From: Clostridiales bacterium
GTDB taxonomy: Bacteria > Bacillota > Clostridia > Ch29
Assembly: GCA_012728565.1 (NCBI GenBank)
Contig: JAAYEV010000103.1
Location: 11-64,010 of the forward strand
Reading direction: 5' to 3'
Length of the DNA stretch: 64,000 nucleotides
In this document: one piece after another, positions 27,663 through 37,841 of the stretch
Position numbering within the stretch: the stretch's first letter is position 1
Layout: the number at the start of each line of letters is the position of its first letter
Notes under the pieces: generated by a model
The model's input: only the letters and a program-made list of their open reading frames with translations
Told to the model about the DNA's origin: nothing
The model's database searches: none
Program-made: the position numbers and the translations under genes

Positions 27663-28322
27663 TTAAACCGATACATCCTGGAACCAGCATCCTTCATAAA
27701 AATACTGTTCCCCCGGCTTCAAATCAATCCGGAAAGAAAACACGGGACCGTCGGTCACCACGGTATGAAATTCCCCTTCCTCCCCCGAAGCATCCACTCC
27801 CGCTTCTTCAATTTCCTTAACCGTGTCCTCGTCCAGGACCCGGCCGAGAAAGGACCTGTCCAACACCCCGTCCCTGACCGCGACGATTGTTGCCTTGAAA
27901 CCTTCATTTATGAACTCGAGAAGCAGTTCCTTCCGCTTCTCCTTCCAAAGCGGAAAGCAGGGCTGAATACCCGTGCGGCGGCAGACCTTTTCCACCCACC
28001 GTCGGTGGTCGTCTATGTCTATGTCGCCGAAAACCCCAAAGCCTATTCCGTCTGCGGCAAAACCATCAAGGGCGGAGATAAATACGTTTTCATAGACATC
28101 CCAAGAAGCCGAACGAGTGACCAACGGGATTTTTAATGCCGCCGCCTGTTTCCTGACAAGGTCGATACAAAGGCCGTGGGATCGCGACCTTTCACCGTTT
28201 TCGGTAAGCATCGTTAAAAGCAGGCGGGGTTTCCCCCCTGCCTTTAATGACCGGTACAAGGCCAGGCACGAATCCTTCCCGCCGCTCCATGAACAGAAAA
28301 AGTGACAGTTCTCTATACCCAT
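27663..28322 (-). CDS. Dph6-related PP-loop ATP pyrophosphatase (MJ0570/diphthine-ammonia ligase-like family)
   Basis: PP-loop SWSGGKDS at the N-terminus, with an EGE.HT-type C-terminal motif (GEFHTVV). Start at the ATG (MGIEN) ending at 28322 after GGGAGGTTGC. Confidence 0.7.
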   Translation of the reverse strand: MGIENCHFFCSWSGGKDSCLALYRSLKAGGKPRLLLTMLTENGERSRSHGLCIDLVRKQAAALKIPLVTRSASWDVYENVFISALDGFAADGIGFGVFGDIDIDDHRRWVEKVCRRTGIQPCFPLWKEKRKELLLEFINEGFKATIVAVRDGVLDRSFLGRVLDEDTVKEIEEAGVDASGEEGEFHTVVTDGPVFSFRIDLKPGEQYFYEGCWFQDVSV

Positions 28323-28456
28323 GCAACCTCCCATGTTCTCATCTTGTAATGTAAAGCCGGCCATGTTTTTCATATTATTCGGTTATACATTCCTTTTTTA
28401 TTGGACTTAAAACACTGCCAAAAAGTTCCGTTAATCGGTTTAACTTGTTTATTATA

Positions 28457-29290
28457 TCATCGCAGGTGGATTATCGGCAAATGGGGCCTGTTGTTCATCC
28501 TAACCGGGATTATGCTGCTGCCCAGTCCCCGGCTTACCACCATCTGTACACCGTTTTCCGAGGCATACAGGCCGGATGTGTATTTTGGTAAAAAGCCCTG
28601 GTGGGGGGCCACTACCCCCCTGTTAACAAAGGGTATCCTGAACTGTCCCCCGTGGGCATGGCCGCTTAATACCAGGTCAGGTCTAACTTCGTTCGAAGCT
28701 GAACAGTACGAATCAAAAAGCTCCGGCCTGTGCGCCAGGAGTATCCTGGGCATATCCTTTGCCATTTCCAAGCCATAGAGGCGGTCCTCCGAATAGCCGG
28801 TGCCGTCCCCAAGCCCCATAATGGCGATCATGGAACTGACCTTTCTAAATACTTCAACCCTGTTTTCCACCACCAGCACACCGGTTTTCCCTATGGCTTC
28901 CTCCCATTTTCCGGCATCCCTTCTCCGGGCCTCATGGTTTCCCCTCACCGCATAGGTAACCGCGATACCCGTTAGGTCGGTGCAGAATTTTATAAAATCC
29001 GGATTATCCCACCTGCCGCTTCCATCCAGTATATCACCGGTCAGCGCAATTATATCGGGCTTTTCCCTTTGCAGTATTTTTATGAATCTCCCTGTATCCG
29101 GCGCATAAAGGGGAATGTGGACATCCGATACATGGGCTATTTTCAGGCCCTTCAGTTCCTCCGGCAGGTTGTTTATCGCCACGTCAATATGCTCCACCTG
29201 CACCCAGGTGTTCTGAAAATAAACATATACTATTATGACCGCAAGGGCACCGGTTAGCATCCCCACTTTGCTTTTCCCTTTCTTTTTCAA
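28457..29290 (-). CDS. membrane-anchored metallophosphoesterase (YkuE-like)
   Basis: N-terminal TM helix and calcineurin-like motifs (HVSDVH, GDILD, GNHE, SGHAHGGQ). Confidence 0.85.
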   Translation of the reverse strand: MKKKGKSKVGMLTGALAVIIVYVYFQNTWVQVEHIDVAINNLPEELKGLKIAHVSDVHIPLYAPDTGRFIKILQREKPDIIALTGDILDGSGRWDNPDFIKFCTDLTGIAVTYAVRGNHEARRRDAGKWEEAIGKTGVLVVENRVEVFRKVSSMIAIMGLGDGTGYSEDRLYGLEMAKDMPRILLAHRPELFDSYCSASNEVRPDLVLSGHAHGGQFRIPFVNRGVVAPHQGFLPKYTSGLYASENGVQMVVSRGLGSSIIPVRMNNRPHLPIIHLR

Positions 29291-29307
29291 TTTCTACACA
29301 TCCAATT

Positions 29308-31266
29308 CTAGATACCACCCTTAATACCGGGCTTTGCTTTTTTCTTTCGCTTTGCTATCCAGATAACCGTCATGGCTATCAAAACTATTACAATTGTCAC
29401 AACGGCGTATACCGCCAGGGCAATACCGTTGGGGTTTTTAACAAGGGCAGCTATACTGCGGCTGCTGTCAACAACCTTCCTTCCGTGGGTACTGTTATAA
29501 TATGGTGGTATTTGCGGAACCCCGCCCACCCTGTCAAAGGACTGCAGGTACCTGGCAATGGCAAGCCATTCCTTGACCTCTTCCCCGCTTGCCGCATCCT
29601 TAATGATGTGCTGCTCGAAATCGGTAACGGGTATCCCCTCGGCGGTTTTGGGAACTATGGACAAAAGCCCGAAGGACTTATCCCCCACTATTGAGAGCAT
29701 CTGGGCCGAGTACAGTCCGGCCACAACGCGGTACAGCTTTTCGTCCTCTATCTCTTCCCTGGACCCGTCCGGTCTCATGAGATAGGCATCGGTTACCTTG
29801 TTGAAAATAAGCCGGTTGGGGTTGAAGGTAAAATTAACACCTGAGATAAACAGCTGTGCCACATCCATCATTGGGGCAACCGATGCGTCAACCTCGCAGG
29901 CCGTTTTCAGTTCTTTGCCGGTAAGATACACCGAAATCAAGGGGTAACCGGGGATTCCGTCGGCGCCTATTCCCAAAGAGCTTACACTGAAAGCATCCGC
30001 TGCGGTTATTTCTCCCTTATAAAAGGAACCCCGTATGGTGCCAACAGGAACAATGGCCGCATCAACAGGAATGTAATCCTTGCCCTCCGCTTGTTTTACT
30101 GCGTATATATAGGCATCGCTTATCAGGTTCCCCAGCGTATCCTCGCCGTGGGAATCGGATATTTCGCCCTGGGGCCTAAAATTAAAGGGCGATACGGCCA
30201 GCACCTGGTCAAATTCCAGGCCGAACCTATCGAAATATTTTTGCTGTACCAGCTCCTTGTATCCATTTACAAGGCCCTGTATACGCTCATCCTCCGGTAA
30301 TTGCTCGTCTATCCGCCTCAGGCGGTAGTCTTTCAGCCTCCAGCCCTCAGCGTCCTGCGATAATTCTATCACACCCAGGTACCTGCAGCTGTCCCCGGCG
30401 GAGCCAATAATGGTATCCCCTACAACAAGCGGTTCTGAATACACGGTATGGGTGTGGCCGCTTATTATTACGTCTATTCCGGATACCTCCTTTGCCAGTA
30501 CATCATCGCCGGGCTCCTTGCCGTCCCCCCAGGTGCCGGTATGGGAAAGGCAAATGATAAGGTCCGCCCTTTCCTTATTCTTAAGTACATCCACAATCCG
30601 GCGGGCGCTTTCCACCGGGCTGTCGAACTCCACCTCCGACATGGGCGCCTTGTAGGCGGCATCCTCCCCCATCAGGCCGAATATGCCCACCCTTACGCCG
30701 TTTCTTTCAATTACAGTGTATTCTTTAACCCCAAAATCTTCGTAGGCCTTTTTAAGCGCTGCCAGTGAAGGGGATAATTCCCCGTTATCATCCACTGGAA
30801 ATACCACATTGGACTGCATAACCTGCGGCAGGCGGTCCCCGCTTTTTAGAGCGGCCGTTAAGCTCTCCGCAAGGCCCATGGCCCTGTAGTCGTATTCATG
30901 GTTTCCAAAGGTGACTGCGTCATACCCCATCGCGCCCATTAGTCTTAGCTCAGGCGCATCGCTTTGGAATATGGTCTGAAAGGGAGTCCCCATGGAAAAG
31001 TCCCCTGCATCAACCAGCAGGGCATCGGGGTTTCGTTTCTTTTCATCCAGGATTGCGCTTTGGAGCCTTGCAAAACCGCCCGAATTTGTAACAGAACCGT
31101 TCTGCAGGTCCTTAACCGGCAGCAGGTGGTCGTGCAGGTCATGGGTAAAAAGTACCGTCATGCTTTTCCCGGCCCCCTGGGCCGAAGCCGGTTTTGGGTC
31201 CACAAGTAAAGTAAATATGAAACTTAATAGAATAATAAACGTAACTGCCCTATATTTACTATTCAT
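29308..31266 (-). CDS. bifunctional metallophosphatase/5'-nucleotidase, C-terminal membrane anchor
   Basis: Signal peptide. N-terminal metallophosphatase motifs (DLHDHL, DAGDF, GNHEYD) and a 5'-nucleotidase C-terminal domain. A C-terminal TM helix is followed by a KRKKKAK tail. Confidence 0.88.
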   Translation of the reverse strand: MNSKYRAVTFIILLSFIFTLLVDPKPASAQGAGKSMTVLFTHDLHDHLLPVKDLQNGSVTNSGGFARLQSAILDEKKRNPDALLVDAGDFSMGTPFQTIFQSDAPELRLMGAMGYDAVTFGNHEYDYRAMGLAESLTAALKSGDRLPQVMQSNVVFPVDDNGELSPSLAALKKAYEDFGVKEYTVIERNGVRVGIFGLMGEDAAYKAPMSEVEFDSPVESARRIVDVLKNKERADLIICLSHTGTWGDGKEPGDDVLAKEVSGIDVIISGHTHTVYSEPLVVGDTIIGSAGDSCRYLGVIELSQDAEGWRLKDYRLRRIDEQLPEDERIQGLVNGYKELVQQKYFDRFGLEFDQVLAVSPFNFRPQGEISDSHGEDTLGNLISDAYIYAVKQAEGKDYIPVDAAIVPVGTIRGSFYKGEITAADAFSVSSLGIGADGIPGYPLISVYLTGKELKTACEVDASVAPMMDVAQLFISGVNFTFNPNRLIFNKVTDAYLMRPDGSREEIEDEKLYRVVAGLYSAQMLSIVGDKSFGLLSIVPKTAEGIPVTDFEQHIIKDAASGEEVKEWLAIARYLQSFDRVGGVPQIPPYYNSTHGRKVVDSSRSIAALVKNPNGIALAVYAVVTIVIVLIAMTVIWIAKRKKKAKPGIKGGI

Positions 31267-31472
31267 TTTATTGACCTCACTTTTTATTTTTATTCCTTAT
31301 ATCTTCCCCCGTTACGTTACCGGTGCTTATGCTGCCATGGCATTTAAAGCCCTTCTCCTTATATTTCCGGGCTACTCTTATCATTCTATGACTTTATACA
31401 ATTTCCTGCCATATGTAAAAAAACAGGGACTGCCCCTGTTTAGTATGTTTTCGGCCGCTTGCCGGTGCCCGG

Positions 31473-32852
31473 TTATTCAATCACAATGACCGCACCGCTC
31501 TGGTAGTCCATCCAGTTGTATAAAAACTCCGCATGGCTGGTGTAGTTGCGCACGCACATGTTGGAGCGGGGGAATGTTCCTATGGTGTGAAGGTACTCGA
31601 TGTGCCCGGGGTCCACTCTCTCGCCGTCCTGCTCCTCGTATGCCACCGGAACGCCGTGGATATAAGCCCCGCCGGTAAACCGTACCGCAAAGGGTGCGTA
31701 CCCGGCAACGTCCGGCGAATCGCTTTTCAGGTACTCGAATCGGTCTTTCTTCTCTATTGCCTTATAACTGCCGAGGGTGGTTTCAAAGGAATACTCCCCC
31801 GGAAAGCCGGTGGTGGCTAAAGTATAGGATATAAGGTTTAGGGTGTCCCCCGCCACCTCAAAGGCGGCTTGATTCTGGTGGGTCCTGTCCACCACCACCA
31901 CGTGATTCAGCCGGCTTAACGTGGCATCAGCATCAATGTACTTTTTGGGAACATAAAAGTCTCCGTCAAAGGAAGGCACATCAACATGGTATAAATCACC
32001 TGCCTCGCCGAGTATCCTTACCAGCATCCCGTCCGGTATATACCGGAAATCGCCGCCGGTATCCGCCTGGAAGTAAGCCGGAGCACTGTGATAGACCCTG
32101 TATCCGTGCTCGTCCACCGCGGCGTCTCCCTTCTGAGGCGGCGGTCCGTTTTGGTTCTTGTAATTGCTTATAAAATGAAGGGGTCCCTGGGCTACCTGCT
32201 GTTTAAGGTCATTCACCGCGTCCCGCATCCTTTCAAAGCGGAAACTCCGCGGGGTTCCCTCGGTTGAGTGGAGGTAACCCTCGCCGGTTTTGTTGCCGTC
32301 CCAGAAGCCAACCCTGTACCATATATTGGACCCCTGGAACTCGTCGCTTTCAACCCTCTGCAGTAATGATAACTTGTCAAGGTTCCCCACGCTTGCTACG
32401 GTGGCAGAATCCTGCACGGGATTTTCCCGGACTTTAGCGCCGTTATCCGCCGTCACCAGGAAATAATCAAAGGGAAGGCTGTACCGGGTGTATTGTACAG
32501 CGTCATTTATCCCCTCCGGCAGGGTGGTGCTGTATTCATGGAGCACGGCATTCATCTTTTTGGAGCCGACTTTCTTTACCATTTGAAGGCTTCTCTGCCG
32601 GTCAAGGGCGGATATCCTCCTGCTCCCGTCCTCCTGCGCTGTCTCTGTAATACGCAGGTCATCCTTTATGCTGTAACCGTTGATGTTTTCCTCCACCGCT
32701 TCTTTGCCGGACTTTGCCAGCTTGTCCTCCTTGGGCTGTTCAGTCTGCCGTCTTGGGGAGGGCCGCTCCTCGGGAGGCGCAGGCCGGTTAACGCAGCCCG
32801 CCGCCGCGATTATTAGGATAATTATGAGTACCAAACTGAATCTTCTTTTCAT
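31473..32852 (-). CDS. L,D-transpeptidase-fold lipoprotein (YkuD-like catalytic domain, atypical motif)
   Basis: Lipobox AAAGC. The C-terminal domain has HTIGTFPRSNMCVRN instead of HGT...SHGC[IV]R, and an SH3b-like segment lies internally. Start likely at the MKRRF ATG (32852) after GGAG. Confidence 0.65.
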   Translation of the reverse strand: MKRRFSLVLIIILIIAAAGCVNRPAPPEERPSPRRQTEQPKEDKLAKSGKEAVEENINGYSIKDDLRITETAQEDGSRRISALDRQRSLQMVKKVGSKKMNAVLHEYSTTLPEGINDAVQYTRYSLPFDYFLVTADNGAKVRENPVQDSATVASVGNLDKLSLLQRVESDEFQGSNIWYRVGFWDGNKTGEGYLHSTEGTPRSFRFERMRDAVNDLKQQVAQGPLHFISNYKNQNGPPPQKGDAAVDEHGYRVYHSAPAYFQADTGGDFRYIPDGMLVRILGEAGDLYHVDVPSFDGDFYVPKKYIDADATLSRLNHVVVVDRTHQNQAAFEVAGDTLNLISYTLATTGFPGEYSFETTLGSYKAIEKKDRFEYLKSDSPDVAGYAPFAVRFTGGAYIHGVPVAYEEQDGERVDPGHIEYLHTIGTFPRSNMCVRNYTSHAEFLYNWMDYQSGAVIVIE

Positions 32853-32953
32853 ATGCATCTCCATCCCTTGTTTTTTGTTAATACTCCAGGTATATTTTTC
32901 TCAAGTAACCGCTGCATTATGTATTTCGCAGCCAATACAAAAGCAGCCCCCTG

Positions 32954-33424
32954 TCAGTAGGCTGCTCCCTCAAGATTTATAAAGCTGGTATCGACTATTT
33001 CGCCGTCCAGGGTAACCCGGGCAAGGCATACCGGCAGCTTGAACCTTCGCGGCCCGGCACTGCCCGGGTTTATGTACAATATCCCGTCTTTCCTTTCTTC
33101 TTTTGCCCTGTGTGAATGACCGCTTATCACGATGTCTATCCCCTCTTTCCGGGGGTCGATATCAAGCTCTTTCAAGTCATGCAGCACGTATATATTCTTA
33201 TTCCCCATTCTCACCGACTCTGTCCCGGGGAGCTTGGCTGCCCATTTTCCCCGGTCGCAGTTACCCCGGACCGCTTTTACCGGGGCTATTTCCTCAAGCT
33301 TTTCTATAACCACCGGGCTTCCTATATCCCCGGCATGTATTATTAGGTCCACTCCTTTCAAGGCGTGGACTGCTTCTTCCCGCAGCAGGCCGTGAGTATC
33401 AGAAATTATTCCGATGGTTTTCAT
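32954..33424 (-). CDS. YfcE/MJ0936-family metallophosphoesterase
   Basis: Motifs ISDTHG, HAGD, GNCD and SGHSH. Start at the ATG at 33424 after GGAGGGGGAAA. Confidence 0.85.
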   Translation of the reverse strand: MKTIGIISDTHGLLREEAVHALKGVDLIIHAGDIGSPVVIEKLEEIAPVKAVRGNCDRGKWAAKLPGTESVRMGNKNIYVLHDLKELDIDPRKEGIDIVISGHSHRAKEERKDGILYINPGSAGPRRFKLPVCLARVTLDGEIVDTSFINLEGAAY

Positions 33425-33606
33425 CCCGGGTTTCCCCCTCCAACACTCTCTCATCACTGCCTTTTAGCAAACAAATATGCCTGGTTCAGCAAACCATAAG
33501 TTCGTCATCGATTTTCAAAGGGTTCTGTACTATTACAAGGGGCATTATTTCCGGCGTTCTTTCGAAAAAACGAACGGTATCAACACCCATCCCAAGCACC
33601 TTCCCA

Positions 33607-34164
33607 TCATATTTTGAAAGCTATCGGGAGGTCCTTAATGTATTTTCTCCAAATCATATGGTCATATCCTTCGCCCCAATAGTCCTTTATTACATAGGCA
33701 GGCTCACCGAATTTCCTTTTCCAAACTCTCTGGGCGTTCTTGTACCCACTGTCCAGGCAGAATTCGTCAATATTTCTGCCAAGCAGCGTAAGGCAGATGG
33801 CATTCAGCATAAGCGTACCGATCCCCTGCCGCTGGTAGGCCGGGTGAACGAAAGCCGTTCCCACCTCAACCACGCCTTCCAGCTCTCCGTTGGTACAGTC
33901 TAAAATTATCGGACCGGTGGGGCCGTATTCTATTGTACCTACAATCTCTCCCTCTATTAAAGCTGTAAGAAAATATCTCCTCTCCCCATTTGATTCGAGG
34001 TCTTCCTTAAGGATGCTTTTCTTCTCAAAAATCTCTTTTTCCATGTCCTCGGCCATATGCGCCAGGCCCTCTTTTGCGAAGGTGTCCCGGACCACCAGTT
34101 CAAAAAAATTGTGCAGCTTTTCTACATCCCCCGGCTGGGGCCTTCGTATCTCTATGTTTGCCAA
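33607..34164 (-). CDS. GNAT family N-acetyltransferase
   Basis: Motif QRQGIGTLML and the GNAT fold. Confidence 0.8.
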   Translation of the reverse strand: MANIEIRRPQPGDVEKLHNFFELVVRDTFAKEGLAHMAEDMEKEIFEKKSILKEDLESNGERRYFLTALIEGEIVGTIEYGPTGPIILDCTNGELEGVVEVGTAFVHPAYQRQGIGTLMLNAICLTLLGRNIDEFCLDSGYKNAQRVWKRKFGEPAYVIKDYWGEGYDHMIWRKYIKDLPIAFKI

Positions 34165-34364
34165 TTAAACCGCCCCCTTTTCTTCTTTGTTTCACCATCA
34201 CATTGTCGTATGACTTATTGATGCCGCCTTGATTAATTCTTTCAGCGCGCTACGCCTTTCCTTGGCCTGTTCGGGTGAACGCATTTCCGGTAAAACATGG
34301 GGCTTGCCGCAATATACTTTTTCTAGTATTCTCCAGTTGTTTGGCTTCTCCTTCAGAATACAAG

Positions 34365-34395
34365 AAAAAGAGACGGCTCATTTTGAACCGTCTCC
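34365..34395 (-). terminator. rho-independent terminator of the ior operon
   Basis: On the minus strand, GGAGACGG-ttcaaaatgag-CCGTCTC is followed by TTTTTCTTG. Confidence 0.75.
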
Positions 34396-34402
34396 TTGCT
34401 TC

Positions 34403-34981
34403 CTAGCCTGCCAGTTCCATTCCCTTCTGAAGGGCTTTCTTGTTTATTTCAACAAACTGCGGCTTGACCTCTTGTTCTATCGCCTTGTCCCAGTCCAGGT
34501 TTTCAAGGCCTATGGCCTTAACCAGCGCTCCCAGCAGCACTATGTTTTGCGTCCTCGGGTTGCCAAGCTCCCTTGCCACTTCGGCGGCCTTGAACACTAT
34601 GGTCTTAACCTTGCCCTTTAGTTCCTCGATTATTCCCTCCGGGTACTCGGCAGCACCGGTAAGAATTGGCATGGAGGGTATGGCGTGGTCGTTTACCACC
34701 ATCACGCCGTCCTTTTTCAGGTACTCCAGCATCCTTAACGCTTCCATCCGCTCAAAGGATACTATTATATCCGCCTGGCCCTTGCCTATAATGGGCGAGT
34801 ACACCTTATCACCGTACCTCACCTGGGTTGTTACGCTGCCGCCCCTCTGGGCCATGCCGTGTACCTCCGACATCTTTACATCGTACCCGGCGTTTACTAG
34901 GGCTGTTGACAGAACCTTGCTCGTCAGGATTATACCCTGTCCTCCTACGCCTACAAACAGTATATTCTTAACGTCTGCCAT
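34403..34981 (-). CDS. iorB: indolepyruvate:ferredoxin oxidoreductase subunit beta (IorB)
   Basis: 192-aa PFOR gamma-domain protein (GVGGQGIILTS...). Starts 2 nt after the iorA stop. Confidence 0.85.
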   Translation of the reverse strand: MADVKNILFVGVGGQGIILTSKVLSTALVNAGYDVKMSEVHGMAQRGGSVTTQVRYGDKVYSPIIGKGQADIIVSFERMEALRMLEYLKKDGVMVVNDHAIPSMPILTGAAEYPEGIIEELKGKVKTIVFKAAEVARELGNPRTQNIVLLGALVKAIGLENLDWDKAIEQEVKPQFVEINKKALQKGMELAG

Positions 34982-34983
34982 GA

Positions 34984-36726
34984 TTATTCACCCACCTTCT
35001 CTATGGCTTTAAAGGCGCAGAGCTGTGTGCACAGCTCGCAGCCGTTGCACATGGTATCGTCTATTACCACCCTGCCGTCCTGCTTGGATATGGCCGGGCA
35101 GCCTATCTGCATGCAGGCGTAGCACTGCGTGCATTTATCCTGGTTTACCCGGCAGTAGCCCGTTGGCTGCGGCTCGGTCTTAATCAGCGCACAGGGCCAT
35201 TTGGTCACTATTACATTGGGCTTATCCTTCTTCATGGACTCGTTAACCGCTGCACGCATTTCCTTTAGGTTAAGCGGGTTAACCACTTTTACATCCTCTA
35301 TGCCCAGGGCGCTGCATATCTTCGGAATGTCCAGGGTTACGGTGTCTTCGCCCTTTAAGGTTTTGCCGGTGCCGGGGTTGTCCTGGTGACCCGTCATGCC
35401 GGTTATCCTGTTGTCGGCTATTATTACCGTTATGTTGCTCTTGTTATAGGCTACATCCATTAGGCCGGTTAGACCCGAGTGGAAGAACGTAGAGTCGCCT
35501 ATTACCGCAAACACTTTGCCTTCCCTGCCATTCTTGTCTATCGCTTTTTTAAAGCCGTGGCCCGCGCTTATGCTGGCTCCCATGCATATGCAGGTATCGG
35601 CTGCATTCAGCGGCGGCGCGGCGCCTAAAGTATAGCAGCCTATGTCGCTGGTTACCACCGCGTCCTTCTTGCTTAAGGCAAAGAACAGTCCCCTGTGCGG
35701 GCAGCCGGGGCACAGCACCGGCGGGCGGCCGGGCATCTGACGGTCCGGTTTTAAAAGCTCTTTTTCCGTACCCAGCAGGCTTCTTTCTATGATATCCGGG
35801 TTTAATTCGAAAATACCGGGTATCTTGTCCTTGCCTATGCAGTCAAAGCCCAGTACCTTTACCGCCTCTTCGATATAGGGTTCGTTTTCCTCTATCACGT
35901 ATAGGGTTTCTACCTGCTTTGCAAACTCCGCAATCTTTTTCCTGGGCAGCGGGAAGGTCATGCCTAGCTTCAGGTATGAAGCCTTGTCACCGAACACTTC
36001 CTTCGCGTACTGGTAGCTTATGCCGCTTGTTATTATTCCTACCTTTTTGTCGTTCCACTCGATGAAGTTCAGCGGCGTGATGTTGCTTCGCTCCTCCAGT
36101 TTTGCCAGCCTTTCTTCCAATGACACGTGCAGTTTACGCGCGTGTGCCGGCGTTGCGATGTATTTGCCCATGTTTCTTTCATAGGGCTTGATACTTACTT
36201 CTTCCCTTTCTCCCAGCTCCACCAGCGTCTTGCTGTGGCATATCCTCGTGGTTACACGCAATAGTACCGGTACGTCAAATTCCTCACTTAGCTTTACGGC
36301 TTCCAGTACAAAGTCCTTGGCCTCCTGGCTGTCGCTGGGCTCCAGCATTGCCACCTTCGCGGCCTTGGCATAGTACCTGTTGTCCTGCTCGTTCTGCGAG
36401 CTGTGCAGCCCCGGGTCATCGGCCGATACCAGCACAAGACCACCGTTTACGCCGGTGTAGGCTACCGTGAACAGCGGGTCTGCGGCTACGTTTACGCCCA
36501 CGTGTTTCATGGCCGCCAGGGCCCTGGCGCCCGATATTGAAGCGCCTATGGCCGCTTCCAAGGCCACCTTTTCATTGGGCGCCCATTCTGCGTATATTTC
36601 TTCGTAGGGTGCGATGTTTTCCAATATCTCGGTGCTGGGTGTGCCCGGATAGGCCGCGGCTACCGTTACGCCAGCCTCGTATGCACCCCTGGCAATGGCC
36701 TCATTGCCGGATAGTAGTTTCTTCAA
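34984..36726 (-). CDS. iorA: indolepyruvate:ferredoxin oxidoreductase subunit alpha (IorA; TPP enzyme with 2x[4Fe-4S])
   Basis: 580 aa; TPP-binding GDSTFFHSG and two C-terminal CxxCxxCxxxCP clusters. Confidence 0.88.
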   Translation of the reverse strand: MKKLLSGNEAIARGAYEAGVTVAAAYPGTPSTEILENIAPYEEIYAEWAPNEKVALEAAIGASISGARALAAMKHVGVNVAADPLFTVAYTGVNGGLVLVSADDPGLHSSQNEQDNRYYAKAAKVAMLEPSDSQEAKDFVLEAVKLSEEFDVPVLLRVTTRICHSKTLVELGEREEVSIKPYERNMGKYIATPAHARKLHVSLEERLAKLEERSNITPLNFIEWNDKKVGIITSGISYQYAKEVFGDKASYLKLGMTFPLPRKKIAEFAKQVETLYVIEENEPYIEEAVKVLGFDCIGKDKIPGIFELNPDIIERSLLGTEKELLKPDRQMPGRPPVLCPGCPHRGLFFALSKKDAVVTSDIGCYTLGAAPPLNAADTCICMGASISAGHGFKKAIDKNGREGKVFAVIGDSTFFHSGLTGLMDVAYNKSNITVIIADNRITGMTGHQDNPGTGKTLKGEDTVTLDIPKICSALGIEDVKVVNPLNLKEMRAAVNESMKKDKPNVIVTKWPCALIKTEPQPTGYCRVNQDKCTQCYACMQIGCPAISKQDGRVVIDDTMCNGCELCTQLCAFKAIEKVGE

Positions 36727-36820
36727 TCATCTCACTCCCTCACAAAATATGTTATTATTAGTCGGATGATATTATTAACCCCACACAAAATTATACATTA
36801 AACATCGACAAATATCACAG

Positions 36821-37726
36821 TCATATTTTTCCCGCGACTACGCTGCCCAGCGCAATTGAATAGAGTTTTGCCTGGTGGGTGTCCGCCCTCGAAACCAGCA
36901 CAATGGGCGCCTTTGCTCCCATTACCACCCCTGCGGATTCTGCGTTGGCGAAATAGGTCATGCACTTTCCTATGCCGTTCCCCACCTCTATGGCGGGTAC
37001 CAAAAGCACGTCGGTGTCACCGGCAACCGGGCTTTCCACTCCCTTGTGTTTTGCCGCCTCCTTGCTGAAGGCAAGGTCAAAGGACAGCGGACCGTCCACC
37101 ACGGCGTTTCCGAATTCCCCGGTCTCCGACATCTCTTTCAGTTTTACCGCGTCCATCGTCGCCGGCATCTTGTCGTTCGCTTTTTCAACCGCTGTTAAAA
37201 CGGCCACCTTGGGCTGCTCCAGTCCCAAAGCGGTACAAACTTCAATGGCATTCTCTATTATCTGCTTTTTCTCTTCCAGCGACGGCGCTATGTTCATGCC
37301 GCCGTCGGTCAGGAATATCAGCTTGTGGTACGCCGGAACCTTGTATACCATAACATGACTCAACAAGTTTATGCCCCGCAGGCCTATTTCCTTGTCAAGG
37401 ACAGCCTTTAACAGGTCCGCCGTGCCCAGGATTCCTTTCATAACAAACTGCGCCCTGCCGCCGCTTACCAGCGATACCGCCTCGCGGGCCGCTTCCCTTA
37501 CGTCGGGAACATCGATTATTTCAAACTTTGTAACATCCATTTTGATTCGATCGGCTATGTCCCTTATTGCTGCTCCGTCGCCCACCAGGACTGGTTCCGC
37601 AATCCCCAGCCTGTACGCTTCGTCGACAGCCAAGAGCACTTCCTCGTCCTGGGCGGCCGCCACCGCAAGCTTCATAGTGCTTTGCTTTTTGGCACTTTGT
37701 ATAAGTTGCTCAAAACTTGTTATCAA
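36821..37726 (-). CDS. ptb: phosphate acyltransferase (phosphate butyryltransferase/phosphotransacetylase family)
   Basis: Pta/Ptb fold (GGAQFVMKG, SRADT). TTG start at 37726 after GGAGGGA, giving MITSFEQL; the ORF track extends to 37741. Confidence 0.8.
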   Translation of the reverse strand: MITSFEQLIQSAKKQSTMKLAVAAAQDEEVLLAVDEAYRLGIAEPVLVGDGAAIRDIADRIKMDVTKFEIIDVPDVREAAREAVSLVSGGRAQFVMKGILGTADLLKAVLDKEIGLRGINLLSHVMVYKVPAYHKLIFLTDGGMNIAPSLEEKKQIIENAIEVCTALGLEQPKVAVLTAVEKANDKMPATMDAVKLKEMSETGEFGNAVVDGPLSFDLAFSKEAAKHKGVESPVAGDTDVLLVPAIEVGNGIGKCMTYFANAESAGVVMGAKAPIVLVSRADTHQAKLYSIALGSVVAGKI

Positions 37727-37841
37727 GCAACATCCCTCCATTTCTCTTTTTATTATTCTTTATTCATAAAATATATCCTTCAAGAATTGACATGAATTTT
37801 AATTATAAAAATATTTTAATATCTCAAAATTAAAAATAAGA

